A DNA stretch of 63,233 bases, filler included, from Octopus bimaculoides (Eukaryota), in the NCBI RefSeq assembly GCF_001194135.2. It is 4 parts of 3 records of this genome, joined end to end, with 100 filler letters (N's around TTAATTAATTAA, not from the genome) between each part and the next. Parts side by side here need not be neighbours in the genome. Positions count along the whole stretch, not along the records: positions 26,379 to 57,628 come from NC_069006.1; positions 57,729 to 61,448 come from NC_068988.1; positions 61,549 to 63,233 come from NC_068983.1; 1 more part is not named here. One strand, written 5' to 3'. The position numbers and the translations under genes are program-made. Under the pieces are notes generated by a model. That model saw only the letters and a list, made by a program, of their open reading frames with translations, was not told the DNA's origin and ran no database searches. Below, in pieces: positions 51,396-62,588 of this stretch (within the stretch, counting starts at the first letter, position 1; every line of letters starts with the position of its first letter).

Positions 51396-52076
51396 CTTTC
51401 ATTCTTTTACTTGTTNNNNNNNNNNNNNNNNNNNNNNNNNNNNNNNNNNNNNNNNNNNNNNNNNNNNNNNNNNNNNNNNNNNNNNNNNNNNNNNNNNNNN
51501 NNNNNNNNNNNNNNNNNNNNNNNNNNNNNNNNNNNNNNNNNNNNNNNNNNNNNNNNNNNNNNNNNNNNNNNNNNNNNNNNNNNNNNNNNNNNNNNNNNNN
51601 NNNNNNNNNNNNNNNNNNNNNNNNNNNNNNNNNNNNNNNNNNNNNNNNNNNNNNNNNNNNNNNNNATATATATATATATATATATATATATACGACGAAC
51701 TTTCGGTTTCTGTCTACCAAATCCCGTCACATGGTTTTGGTCTCACAAGACATTTGCCCGGGGTGTCACGGCGAGGAACTGAATCCGGAACTATGTGGGT
51801 GGAAAGCAAGCTTCTTACCACACGGCCACTCCTGTACCTATATATGCATATATACATACTTCTTTAATAGAAATTTGTTCCATAGATTTCTAATTCATTT
51901 TCGTCATACGTTATTTATGAATTTTAAAATCGTATAGGTATGAACGTATGTATATAAATAATCAATATAGGACTTAACTTATTAAACAAAGTTCAATAAA
52001 TTTCATGAAATAAACGAAATGAAGCAGATTAGATGTTAAAATGGATTATCCTTTTATTCAATAATCCTACTCAATT

Positions 52077-52543
52077 GTTTCTGACAAAAAAGTCCAAGAT
52101 TTCCATAAAGAGAATATCAGAAAGTCCAAATTTGTACTCTCCAGTAGGTGAGATTGAAAGCAAAGTAAACAAAAAGACGTTTAAAATATACATTGAACAT
52201 TTCCTTAATTATCATTATTATATAGGTATTAGTATATACATTCTTCCACTCACAGAGATTTGAATCAAGACCTAAATATTAAAGGGCTTGGCTGTTTAAA
52301 TATCTAATAGTTAATTCTTGACTTCCTCACTAAGAAATCCAATAAATTATCTATTTAAAAAACTCCCTAAAGAAAATACTGGTCAAGATGTCTACCAAAT
52401 AACAAGCTTAACTAAGAAAAAATTCAATGTGTATTTTAAACGTCTTTTTGTTTATTTTCTTTTAAATCTCACCTACTAAAGAGTACAAATTCGATCTTTG
52501 TGATGTTCTCTCTATGGAAATCTTGGTCCGGTTTGTCAGAAAC
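52077..52543. mobile_element. Fold-back or MITE-like element with about 135-bp inverted arms
   Basis: 52077-52210 is approximately the reverse complement of 52409-52543 (about 80% by eye; shared gtttctgacaaa, ccaagatttccata, agtaggtgagatt and aaacaaaaagacgtttaaaat). Spacer about 200 bp. Confidence 0.8.
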
Positions 52544-52683
52544 CATTTGCATTTCATCTTCGTGGTCGACATATTAAGTTCTAGATCAGCACTGCGGTCG
52601 ATGTAATCGACTTTCCCCTCCTCCGGAATTGCTGGCCATGTGCCAATTTTAAGGCCTTGTGCCTGTAGCACATATTATTATTA

Positions 52684-52720
<37 letters not shown>

Positions 52721-53757
52721 CATCATCATCATCATCATTATTATTTTGGCCAGTCGATTAGATTGACCCCAGTACGCAACCGGTACTTAATTTATNNNNN
52801 NNNNNNNNNNNNNNNNNNNNNNNNNNNNNNNNNNNNNNNNNNNNNNNNNNNNNNNNNNNNNNNNNNNNNNNNNNNNNNNNNNNNNNNNNNNNNNNNNNNN
52901 NNNNNNNNNNNNNNNNNNNNNNNNNNNNNNNNNNNNNNNNNNNNNNNNNNNNNNNNNNNNNNNNNNNNNNNNNNNNNNNNNNNNNNNNNNNNNNNNNNNN
53001 NNNNNNNNNNNNNNNNNNNNNNNNNNNNNNNNNNNNNNNNNNNNNNNNNNNNNNNNNNNNNNNNNNNNNNNNNNNNNNNNNNNNNNNNNNNNNNNNNNNN
53101 NNNNNNNNNNNNNNNNNNNNNNNNNNNNNNNNNNNNNNNNNNNNNNNNNNNNNNNNNNNNNNNNNNNNNNNNNNNNNNNNNNNNNNNNNNNNNNNNNNNN
53201 NNNNNNNNNNNNNNNNNNNNNNNNNNNNNNNNNNNNNNNNNNNNNNNNNNNNNNNNNNNNNNNNNNNNNNNNNNNNNNNNNNNNNNNNNNNNNNNNNNNN
53301 NNNNNNNNNNNNNNNNNNNNNNNNNNNNNNNNNNNNNNNNNNNNNNNNNNNNNNNNNNNNNNNNNNNNNNNNNNNNNNNNNNNNNNNNNNNNNNNNNNNN
53401 NNNNNNNNNNNNNNNNNNNNNNNNNNNNNNNNNNNNNNNNNNNNNNNNNNNNNNNNNNNNNNNNNNNNNNNNNNNNNNNNNNNNNNNNNNNNNNNNNNNN
53501 NNNNNNNNNNNNNNNNNNNNNNNNNNNNNNNNNNNNNNNNNNNNNNNNNNNNNNNNNNNNNNNNNNNNNNNNNNNNNNNNNNNNNNNNNNNNNNNNNNNN
53601 NNNNNNNNNNNNNNNNNNNNNNNNNNNNNNNNNNNNNNNNNNNNNNNNNNNNNNNNNNNNNNNNNNNNNNNNNNNNNNNNNNNNNNNNNNNNNNNNNNNN
53701 NNNNNNNNNNNNNNNNNNNNNNNNNNNNNNNNNNNNNNNNNNNNNNNNNNNNNNNNA

Positions 53758-54223
53758 GGACAGACAAAGGGATTCAGTCGATTACATCGACCCCAATGCG
53801 TAACTGGTTCTTAATTTATCGATCCCGAAAGGATAAAAAGTAAAGTCGACCTCGGCGGAATTTGAACTCAGAACGTAACGGCAGACGAAATACCTATTTC
53901 TTTACTGCCCACAAGGGGCTACACATAGAGGGGACAAACAAGGACAGACAAAGGGATTCAGTCGATTACATCGACCCCAATGCGTAACTGGTTCTTAATT
54001 TATCGATCCCGAAAGGATAAAAAGTAAAGTCGACCTCGGCGGAATTTGAACTCAGAACGTAACGGCAGACGAAATACCTATTTCTTTACTGCCCACAAGG
54101 GGCTACACATAGAGGGGACAAACAAGGACAGACAAAGGGATTCAGTCGATTACATCGACCCCAATGCGTAACTGGTTCTTAATTTATCGATCCCGAAAGG
54201 ATAAAAAGTAAAGTCGACCTCGG
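53758..54223 (-). repeat. 184-bp tandem array (about 2.5 visible copies) between two gaps
   Basis: ggacagacaaagggattcag at 53758, 53942 and 54126; the copies look identical. Confidence 0.95.
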
Positions 54224-55132
54224 NNNNNNNNNNNNNNNNNNNNNNNNNNNNNNNNNNNNNNNNNNNNNNNNNNNNNNNNNNNNNNNNNNNNNNNNNNNNN
54301 NNNNNNNNNNNNNNNNNNNNNNNNNNNNNNNNNNNNNNNNNNNNNNNNNNNNNNNNNNNNNNNNNNNNNNNNNNNNNNNNNNNNNNNNNNNNNNNNNNNN
54401 NNNNNNNNNNNNNNNNNNNNNNNNNNNNNNNNNNNNNNNNNNNNNNNNNNNNNNNNNNNNNNNNNNNNNNNNNNNNNNNNNNNNNNNNNNNNNNNNNNNN
54501 NNNNNNNNNNNNNNNNNNNNNNNNNNNNNNNNNNNNNNNNNNNNNNNNNNNNNNNNNNNNNNNNNNNNNNNNNNNNNNNNNNNNNNNNNNNNNNNNNNNN
54601 NNNNNNNNNNNNNNNNNNNNNNNNNNNNNNNNNNNNNNNNNNNNNNNNNNNNNNNNNNNNNNNNNNNNNNNNNNNNNNNNNNNNNNNNNNNNNNNNNNNN
54701 NNNNNNNNNNNNNNNNNNNNNNNNNNNNNNNNNNNNNNNNNNNNNNNNNNNNNNNNNNNNNNNNNNNNNNNNNNNNNNNGCGTAGAAAATATGAAAATAT
54801 AATCCGGCGAAAATTTAAAATACTTCAAGTGGCTGGGAAAAAATTCTACAAGATCTTGTAATCATCCTGTATCGTCTTTTTCTTTCTTTTCTTTTTTTGT
54901 TTTTGTTTTTAGGTAGGAGACTATATTATTCAATGTGTCTTCTTTGCTTCTGAGGAACGCAGTGTGTTGTTAGAAGGAGGTTTGAGTGCTATTTTTACAA
55001 GGACGAGCGAACGCGTAGCGACTTCACTTCGGGTTCTCGTATTTACGTGTTTAGTGTTCAACATGAAGTGAGGACTTCAGAAAATAGACAAAACCATTAC
55101 TATTGATAATGATGATGGTGATGACGACGACG

Positions 55133-55213
<81 letters not shown>

Positions 55214-55530
55214 TTTTTGCCACAAGGGCGAAGAATAAGGGGAACAATACAAAGACTGACGTAAAGTGTGGGGTTTACATATAATGAAATGATGATAAAA
55301 GAAAGAAAGAAAGTATACATGGTACACACTGAAAAAGAAGGGACATATGCATAGCATACAAAGGTTTATAAAAGAAGGGTCGGGGAGGATGATAGAGATG
55401 TGGCCCTCCTGATACAAGAAAGCCTCTAGAGATAATCGAGGAACCCCTCTGTTCGAGACTTCCCTGAAACCCCCAAAGGCAAGTGCCCTCTCTAAATCCT
55501 TCTCTCCGACTCACGGGTCTACACTTAGAG
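55214..55530 (-). mobile_element. LINE 3' UTR with an A-rich end (probably L1/Tx1 type)
   Basis: Minus strand ends ...cccttattcttcgcccttgtggcAAAAAAA. Family assignment is from memory; no coding link in this window. Confidence 0.5.
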
Positions 55531-55550
55531 AGGTACCATCCACTCGTAGA

Positions 55551-55665
55551 CTAATTGATGTAAGTGTTCCCATTGATGAAAATATATCTGTAAGGAAATT
55601 TGACAAACTAAGTAAATATAAGGACCTGGAAATTGAAACACAAAAGATGTGACATCTTAAAGCAA
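55551..55665 (+). mobile_element. R4/Dong-like endonuclease fragment
   Basis: LIDVSVPIDENISVRKFDKLSKYKDLEIETQKM*HLKA (DxxxP...KxxKYxDL signature). Confidence 0.8.
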
Positions 55666-55666
55666 A

Positions 55667-55876
55667 TAATCCTTTCTACTAGAGGTAGAAGACTTGAAAT
55701 TTAGGGGACGGGACTAGTCGATTACATCGCCCCAGTGTATCAATGGTACTTAATTTATCGACTCCGAAAGGACGAAAGCCAAAGTCGACCTCGGCGGAAT
55801 TTGAACTCAGAACATAATAACGACAGGCGAAGGTATTTCGCACAGCGTGCTAACGATTCTGCCAGCTCACCGCCTT
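55667..55876 (-). mobile_element. Family A SINE
   Basis: Full head-core-tail match to the other copies. Confidence 0.88.
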
Positions 55877-56840
55877 GATTCTGTCAAATAATAATAAACT
55901 GAAGCTGTTTTATCAAAAATGAAATTATCATAATCAAACTAATGAAAATAGTCCAATGACAGCTGTCAAATCCTCGAACAGATATGAGAAACAGGTTATA
56001 TGTGGAGTGTGAAAAAATAAACTCCCACCTCATGTTTGTTGTTCTTTGATTAATTGTGACTTCCTGTTTAGTTTCTGTGACGGCGGCCAGAAGAACACGG
56101 ACAACACTAACCATTGAGAAATAATTATATTCAAACCTCAGCTGCCACGTTTCATATAACCCCCCCATCGCCACCGTCACCCCCTTCACCGCCATCACCA
56201 CCTCCAACAACAACAACAACAACTCGTTATCTTCTTTTACAAATCTCCTTGAAACACATGCAGACTCACTGATAGTCACATGTAAGCTGATTTAGAGAAA
56301 GAAAGCGCTGTTGAGGACGTAAATAAAAACAAAACAGCTCACTGGACTGTTTGAACGAATCACAGTTGTTAACAACACTAAATTTGACGGCGTTTTGCCA
56401 TTAATCCCTTGGTGGCTGTGGTAATATATAAAATAGCTAACTGTCTTCGCATTCTGTTCCATTTCTGTCATAGCAATTCTTTTATTTTTTTTTCTGAAAA
56501 TAATTCAGATAACGAGCAAACTGGTCACATTTCTCTCTTAGCTCTTGTGTTCTTCAATTTTTTTCTCTCTCACTTGTCGTCTGTTTTTGTATAAATTTTA
56601 AATTCTCGGTCGAGTTTCTCACAAGATTTTATAGATTTCTTCGAGACTTCAAGTCTCTTTTCTTCTACGTTATATAATGTCTTCAAAGTGCTGTTGTTTT
56701 TGTCGTTCTTATTGCTGCTGCACTTGGAACTGTTGCTATTATTGTTGTTGTTAATCTTGAAGTTGTTGCTGCTGTCCTTGATGCTGTTGGTGTTGTTGTT
56801 GTTGTTGTGGCAAAATTTGAAACCATTGTTATTATTATTT

Positions 56841-56987
56841 GGGCGGTGAGCTGGTAGAATCGTTAGCGCCATTTCGAGCGTCTCTATATTCTGAGTTCAA
56901 ATTCCGCCGAGGTCGATTTTCCTTTCATCCTTTCGGGGTCGATAAACTAAGTACCAGTTGTGTAGTGGGGTCGGTGTAATCGACTTA
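56841..56987 (+). mobile_element. Family A SINE, tail truncated
   Basis: ggcggtgagctggtagaatcgttag ... gagttcaaattccgccgaggtcga. Confidence 0.88.
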
Positions 56988-57247
56988 CAACCTTTTAGGA
57001 AGTTAGTACACGAAATATATTAACCTCACCATCACCACCACGTCTTTTTAACTACAGAATATAACCACCATTTTAAAGTCTTTCACACACACACACACAC
57101 AAAAAAAAAACAAAAACGAACAATTTTCATACAAAAAAACAAAACAAAAAGAGGAGAAAGTATAGAATTAAATGATTAAAGACCATATTTGTTGTACAGA
57201 ACATTCACCCTTTAGAATTACTTATGAATATCTATCTATCTATCTAA

Positions 57248-57284
<37 letters not shown>

Positions 57285-57628
57285 AATCTACTTATCTGTC
57301 TATCTATTTATCTCTGTGTGTGTCTCTCTCTCTATATATATATGGTTTGTGAAATATCATTTATCATTATTATTTTATAAAAGAACGTATAAATATTTGA
57401 CTTGATCAGCAAGGTGCAAACAAGTGTATTTATGAAGTCAGGAAAGTAATACTAGAGAGAAGATGAATTCACTTTAAATTTCTTTATATTTTCGAAATGA
57501 AAAACGTATTCGTTCATCAATAAGATATTCAATTTATTAACGGTAGCTTTTTGATATCAGTGTCAAAGACTTGAAAAAGCTTTCATATTATAATGCAAGG
57601 ATGTATATATATATATATATATATATAT

Positions 57629-57728
57629 NNNNNNNNNNNNNNNNNNNNNNNNNNNNNNNNNNNNNNNNNNNNTTAATTAATTAANNNNNNNNNNNNNNNN
57701 NNNNNNNNNNNNNNNNNNNNNNNNNNNN
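57629..57728. other. Artificial scaffold-join linker
   Basis: Exactly 44 N + TTAATTAATTAA + 44 N. Confidence 0.95.
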
Positions 57729-58144
57729 ATTAAACTTCCTACTCGACTAAAACCTTTATTGTATTCGATATTGTCTCACTTTATTTTATTTTCTTCTGTT
57801 TCCCCCTCTTTATTGTATCTTAATCTGATTTTATTCTATTCCATTTTATTCAGTTTTTTCTCGTCTTCCTCCCTTTATCTGTCCTAATAGCGGCGTTAGT
57901 GTTTTATCTTACTAAATTATATAAAGTACCGTGTTGTAGGTATTAGCACAAATCTGTGGTGTCTTGTTTATATTACGTACGTTGCGTCCCCTGTAACTTA
58001 GTAGCTCGGCAAAATAAAACCGATAGAATAATTACAGAATTTAAAAAAGCAAAACGAAACAAAATAAGTGTGTGGATATCAATTTGTTCGACTAACTCAG
58101 GGTTTCTCAGCCATTTTATTATCTCTGGACCTCTTTGATTACTA

Positions 58145-58379
58145 TTGGGTTGGTGGATAATTATTGCTGCTTTTTTACAACAAAAACAATAACATGTAAC
58201 AAAAGCATCTTTAAATGATTATTCCGGAGCATATTCACCATCTACTCCAATCACTGCTTCCCATTTGCTTGGCAGACGGTCAGACCGTCTTTTAAAGATG
58301 TTTTTATTAAATATTGTTATTGCTTTTGTTGAGTAAAATTTGTTGAAAACAAAACTGCAATAATTATGTAACAATCCAA
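58145..58379 (-). mobile_element. 235-bp mariner-derived MITE
   Basis: TA|ttgggttggtggataattattgc ... gcaataattatgtaacaatccaa|TA (19 of 23 TIR positions match). The interior keeps DRLPSKWEAVIGVDGEYAPE*. Confidence 0.85.
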
Positions 58380-58589
58380 TATTTTATTCTGGTGTCCCCC
58401 CACCCCAAAAGCCATTCAATGTTTAAAAACTAGTTTTATAAAAACTAGTTTTATAAAAACTTCTTTCAAACTTCCTATTTTGTTTTTCACACATTAACTT
58501 ATGAAGATTGAACTACGTAAAACGTTAGGGAAAGAAACCTCGCTCTTTCTTGAAATGCATACAAATACATACATCTAAAGCAAATTTTT

Positions 58590-58697
58590 TCAGGGTCCCT
58601 TATAATATTGAAGATCTCCAATTAATATTTTGTGTGGATCCCCCAAAACCTTACTTGGACCCTCAAGGGCTATATGGACTCCGGTTGAGAATCGCTG
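58590..58697. mobile_element. Possible hAT/Charlie-type MITE end
   Basis: Ends ggttgagaatcgctg (reverse complement cagcgattctcaacc, Charlie-like TIR) after gg(a/c)cc-rich subterminal sequence; the other end was not found. Confidence 0.35.
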
Positions 58698-59659
58698 GAT
58701 TAACTCTACTAGGTGGTGCTCCAGCATGGCTGCATTCTTTACTTGAAAACTGATAAAAGAATAAAAACGTTAAACTAGCCTTCTATTCCATGGTACCAGT
58801 TCTCTTAAAGAAATCAGGTGAAAGCCATTGCTATTCAGGTTTATCAAGCAAAACCTTGACGTCAAACTTATATGAACATTTTAAACGGTTCCAGGTTTTT
58901 GAATTTAATATTAAAACAATAAAAGCTGTGTTAAGAATCATTGCTATTCTTGTTCTTCTTATGGTTTGTCAATCCGACCATGTCATTCCACTCAACTAAA
59001 TTTACGACATTCAAAAACCATTAAACGAATAACGTCACTGTTCTATCCCAATTTTTTTTTCTATGAATGAATTGGTGATATTTAACTCGACTTTTCAAAA
59101 CACGTAAACAGTGAATGTAATATCACAGTACATCCCCAACACAGCGTCCTCTGCCCCAATCTCTCTCTCACTTTCTCTCTCTCTCTTTTTTTCTCACTTT
59201 CTCTGTCTCTCTGTCTCTCTCTCTCTCTTCTCTCCGTCCCACTCACTTTCTCATTCAACATACATGTCCCTCTCTCGTCCACATTCCACACACATACAAT
59301 GACACACATATATATATAAATATATATATATGTATATATATCCATATATNNNNNNNNNNNNNNNNNNNNNNNNNNNNNNNNNNNNNNNNNNNNNNNNNNN
59401 NNNNNNNNNNNNNNNNNNNNNNNNNNNNNNNNNNNNNNNNNNNNNNNNNNNNNNNNNNNNNNNNNNNNNNNNNNNNNNNNNNNNNNNNNNNNNNNNNNNN
59501 NNNNNNNNNNNNNNNNNNNNNNNNNNNNNNNNNNNNNNNNNNNNNNNNNNNNNNNNNNNNNNNNNNNNNNNNNNNNNTATATAAATATATGTATATGTAT
59601 ACATATAAATACGGGCATACAAATGTGTATGTATGTTTGTATAGACAGACAGAAAGATC

Positions 59660-59725
<66 letters not shown>

Positions 59726-59903
59726 AGTGAAAAATGTTGTATATGATAAGCTGGGTTTTAAATGAAGCCCAATCATAATAATTATTATAATTAACACAGA
59801 TAATTATTCGCTTACAGAGGTATCTGTAGCAATTAGATGTGCTTCGAATTTGATCTAAATCTTTCTCAAATCACGCCACTTGTAATCTGAAAATAATGAC
59901 AGT

Positions 59904-59962
<59 letters not shown>

Positions 59963-59964
59963 TT

Positions 59965-60410
59965 AACAATAAATGCCCTGATGCAGTACCAGCCACTGGC
60001 TCGCATGGTTTCTAATCTTAACTGACTAGAAGTGTTATCCTGGTATAAAAGATGGGCTACTGCAAATATTCTGCTCAATACCACAGATTTGCTTGTCAGT
60101 TGTTTGTCCGTAACCATTTGGGCATGTTCCTTTGTGGTTGATGATATGTGCATCTCTGATCACGAGCAGAAGTAGTGGAGGAGCATCATAGCCATGTGTT
60201 GAAAGGAGTTCTTTGGGGTTGAGAGGAGTTCCCTGGAAACATTAGTACTTCGTTCAACATCCTCATTCAGAGACCTTTTGAACGGGATAGGCTACTCGAC
60301 CTGACGAAAATTCTAACTGGGCCCCACTTGCAAGGTCATGCGCCGTTTATCTTGATAAGAGATTACCAGGTCGCGCACATATGATTGTGATGTATGTGCC
60401 TGGTACACCA
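59965..60410. repeat. Interspersed repeat, class unresolved
   Basis: Higher-GC block without an ORF, starting aaatgccctgatgcagtacc, which I recall as a common octopus repeat; not verifiable here. Confidence 0.4.
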
Positions 60411-61448
60411 CCTAAAAATATTTTAGTCGAACATACACGTGTATATATATATATATATGTATATATATATTCTTNNNNNNNNNNNNNNNNNNNNNNNNNN
60501 NNNNNNNNNNNNNNNNNNNNNNNNNNNNNNNNNNNNNNNNNNNNNNNNNNNNNNNNNNNNNNNNNNNNNNNNNNAAACGGGTTCGAATCTCTTGGTTTAA
60601 TTCGTTCTTTTCTTCACGACTACAGTGTAAGATTTGAGGGAATTTCACTGCTGTTTCTGCTATTATGTCATTACTTCACTGCTATTACGTCAAGCTACCA
60701 TGCAGAGGCTCCCTCATTAGGATGTTTCTCTGTGTTGGAAACGTTTATTGAAGCAAATAAAAATTAATGAAAACTAATTCGAACGTGATTAATTTTATTT
60801 TCAAATTTTTACGAATGTCACAAAAATCTGTTCTACTGACTGAATATATTATTTTTGAAATGAAATTTGTTGTTGCTTTTGTAGTTTAGCCACAGGTCAA
60901 CTTTGATCCAGTTGTCCTATGACTGTAAATATTCCCACGATATTCATTATAGCATTGTATATCTTGTAATATGTTAATTTACACCATTGAAACAAACGAA
61001 TCGCGTGAAATTATTTATAAATACATATATAACTGTATAATAATAAATCATGATAATATATAATCTCCGATTTGAAGCGATAAGTTTTAAATGCAAACAA
61101 ATGACCGAAAAAAGATGAGCTAACCTTAACCAGAATCGAATAATAATAACTGAATATAATCTTTTCTATCCTAGGTACAAGGCCTGAGGGATCCAATCGA
61201 TTAGATCTACCTCAGTACACAACTGGTACTTAATTTATTGACCCGAATGGATGAAAGGAAAAGTCGACCTCGGCGGAATTTATATATATATACAATTTTG
61301 TTATGTGTATATGTGCGTATGTATGTATGTATGTATGCACATATATATATATATATATATATATATTTGGAAATGGATGGTCGGCGTTCAATCAGATAAT
61401 AACAAATATATACATGCATATATGTATACATACACACATACATTTATA

Positions 61449-61548
61449 NNNNNNNNNNNNNNNNNNNNNNNNNNNNNNNNNNNNNNNNNNNNTTAATTAA
61501 TTAANNNNNNNNNNNNNNNNNNNNNNNNNNNNNNNNNNNNNNNNNNNN
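61449..61548. other. Artificial scaffold-join linker
   Basis: Exactly 44 N + TTAATTAATTAA + 44 N. Confidence 0.95.
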
Positions 61549-61612
<64 letters not shown>

Positions 61613-62415
61613 CACGTCAGGAAGAGTCAGAGAAGAGTCAGGAAGAGTCAGAGAGAGAGGGAGAGATAGATAGGGAAAGATAAGAGCGAGAGAGAGTGTT
61701 GAGCATGAGAGAGAAGCGAGTGAGAGAGAGGAGCGAGCGAAAGAGAGAATAGCGATTGAGGGCGTGCGAGGAGCGACAGAGAGTGTGGCGAGTGAGAGGA
61801 ATGAGAGAGACAAGAGCGAGAGAGAGAGAGATGAGCGAGAGCTCGCTCCTCTCTCTCTCTCACCCTATTCTCACTTTCGCTCCTTTCTCTCGCTCCTCTT
61901 TTTCTCGTTTTTCTCTCTCTCTCGCTCATTTCTCTCTCCATCCTCTCCCTCTCTCTCGCTATCTATACATTTTTATAAATATATGTTTATATACATGTAT
62001 ATGTACACAGACACACAGATACACACACAGACAGACACATATATATAAATCGAAGTTAGACCAGAAAAACACAACAAAAGGAGTCCGCCAAAGCACAACA
62101 TGCTTGCGGGAGAGAAGGTGGGGAGAGAGACAGGAGCAAACGAGAGAGTAGCAAGAGAGAGAGAGTGAGGAGCAAGAGTAAGATAGAGAGAGAGAAGCGA
62201 GAGAAAAGGAGGAGCGAGAGAGAGAGAGGCGAGACTGAGAGAGAGGAGATAGAGAGAGAGAGGGAGACAGAGAGAGAGACAAGGATAGAGCGAGTGAGAG
62301 AAAGATAAAGACAGAGAGAGAGGCAGAGAGAGATAGATGGATAGTGAGTGAGAGAGAGGGAGAGAGAAGGAGAGAGAGAGAGGGATAGAGAGACAGAGAG
62401 AGAGAGACAGAGAGT

Positions 62416-62446
<31 letters not shown>

Positions 62447-62470
62447 TGAGACAGAGATACAGAAATAGAG

Positions 62471-62504
<34 letters not shown>

Positions 62505-62580
62505 AGCAAGAGAGAGAGATAATGCAAGAGAGAGAGAGATAGGTAGATAGAGCGGGAGAGAGAAAGATAGAGAAAAACAA
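61549..62580. repeat. About 1-kb degenerate (GA)n/(CT)n low-complexity tract
   Basis: Purine run, inverted pyrimidine run (61840-61960), then a second purine run. Confidence 0.9.
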
Positions 62581-62588
62581 GAGCGGTC

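Noticed and set aside
53758-54223. CRISPR-like or rRNA-like array
   Set aside because: Units are contiguous and identical with no unique spacers, no cas genes, and a eukaryotic SINE origin.
410-54828. Long ORFs made mostly of X
   Set aside because: They are open only because they span N gaps.
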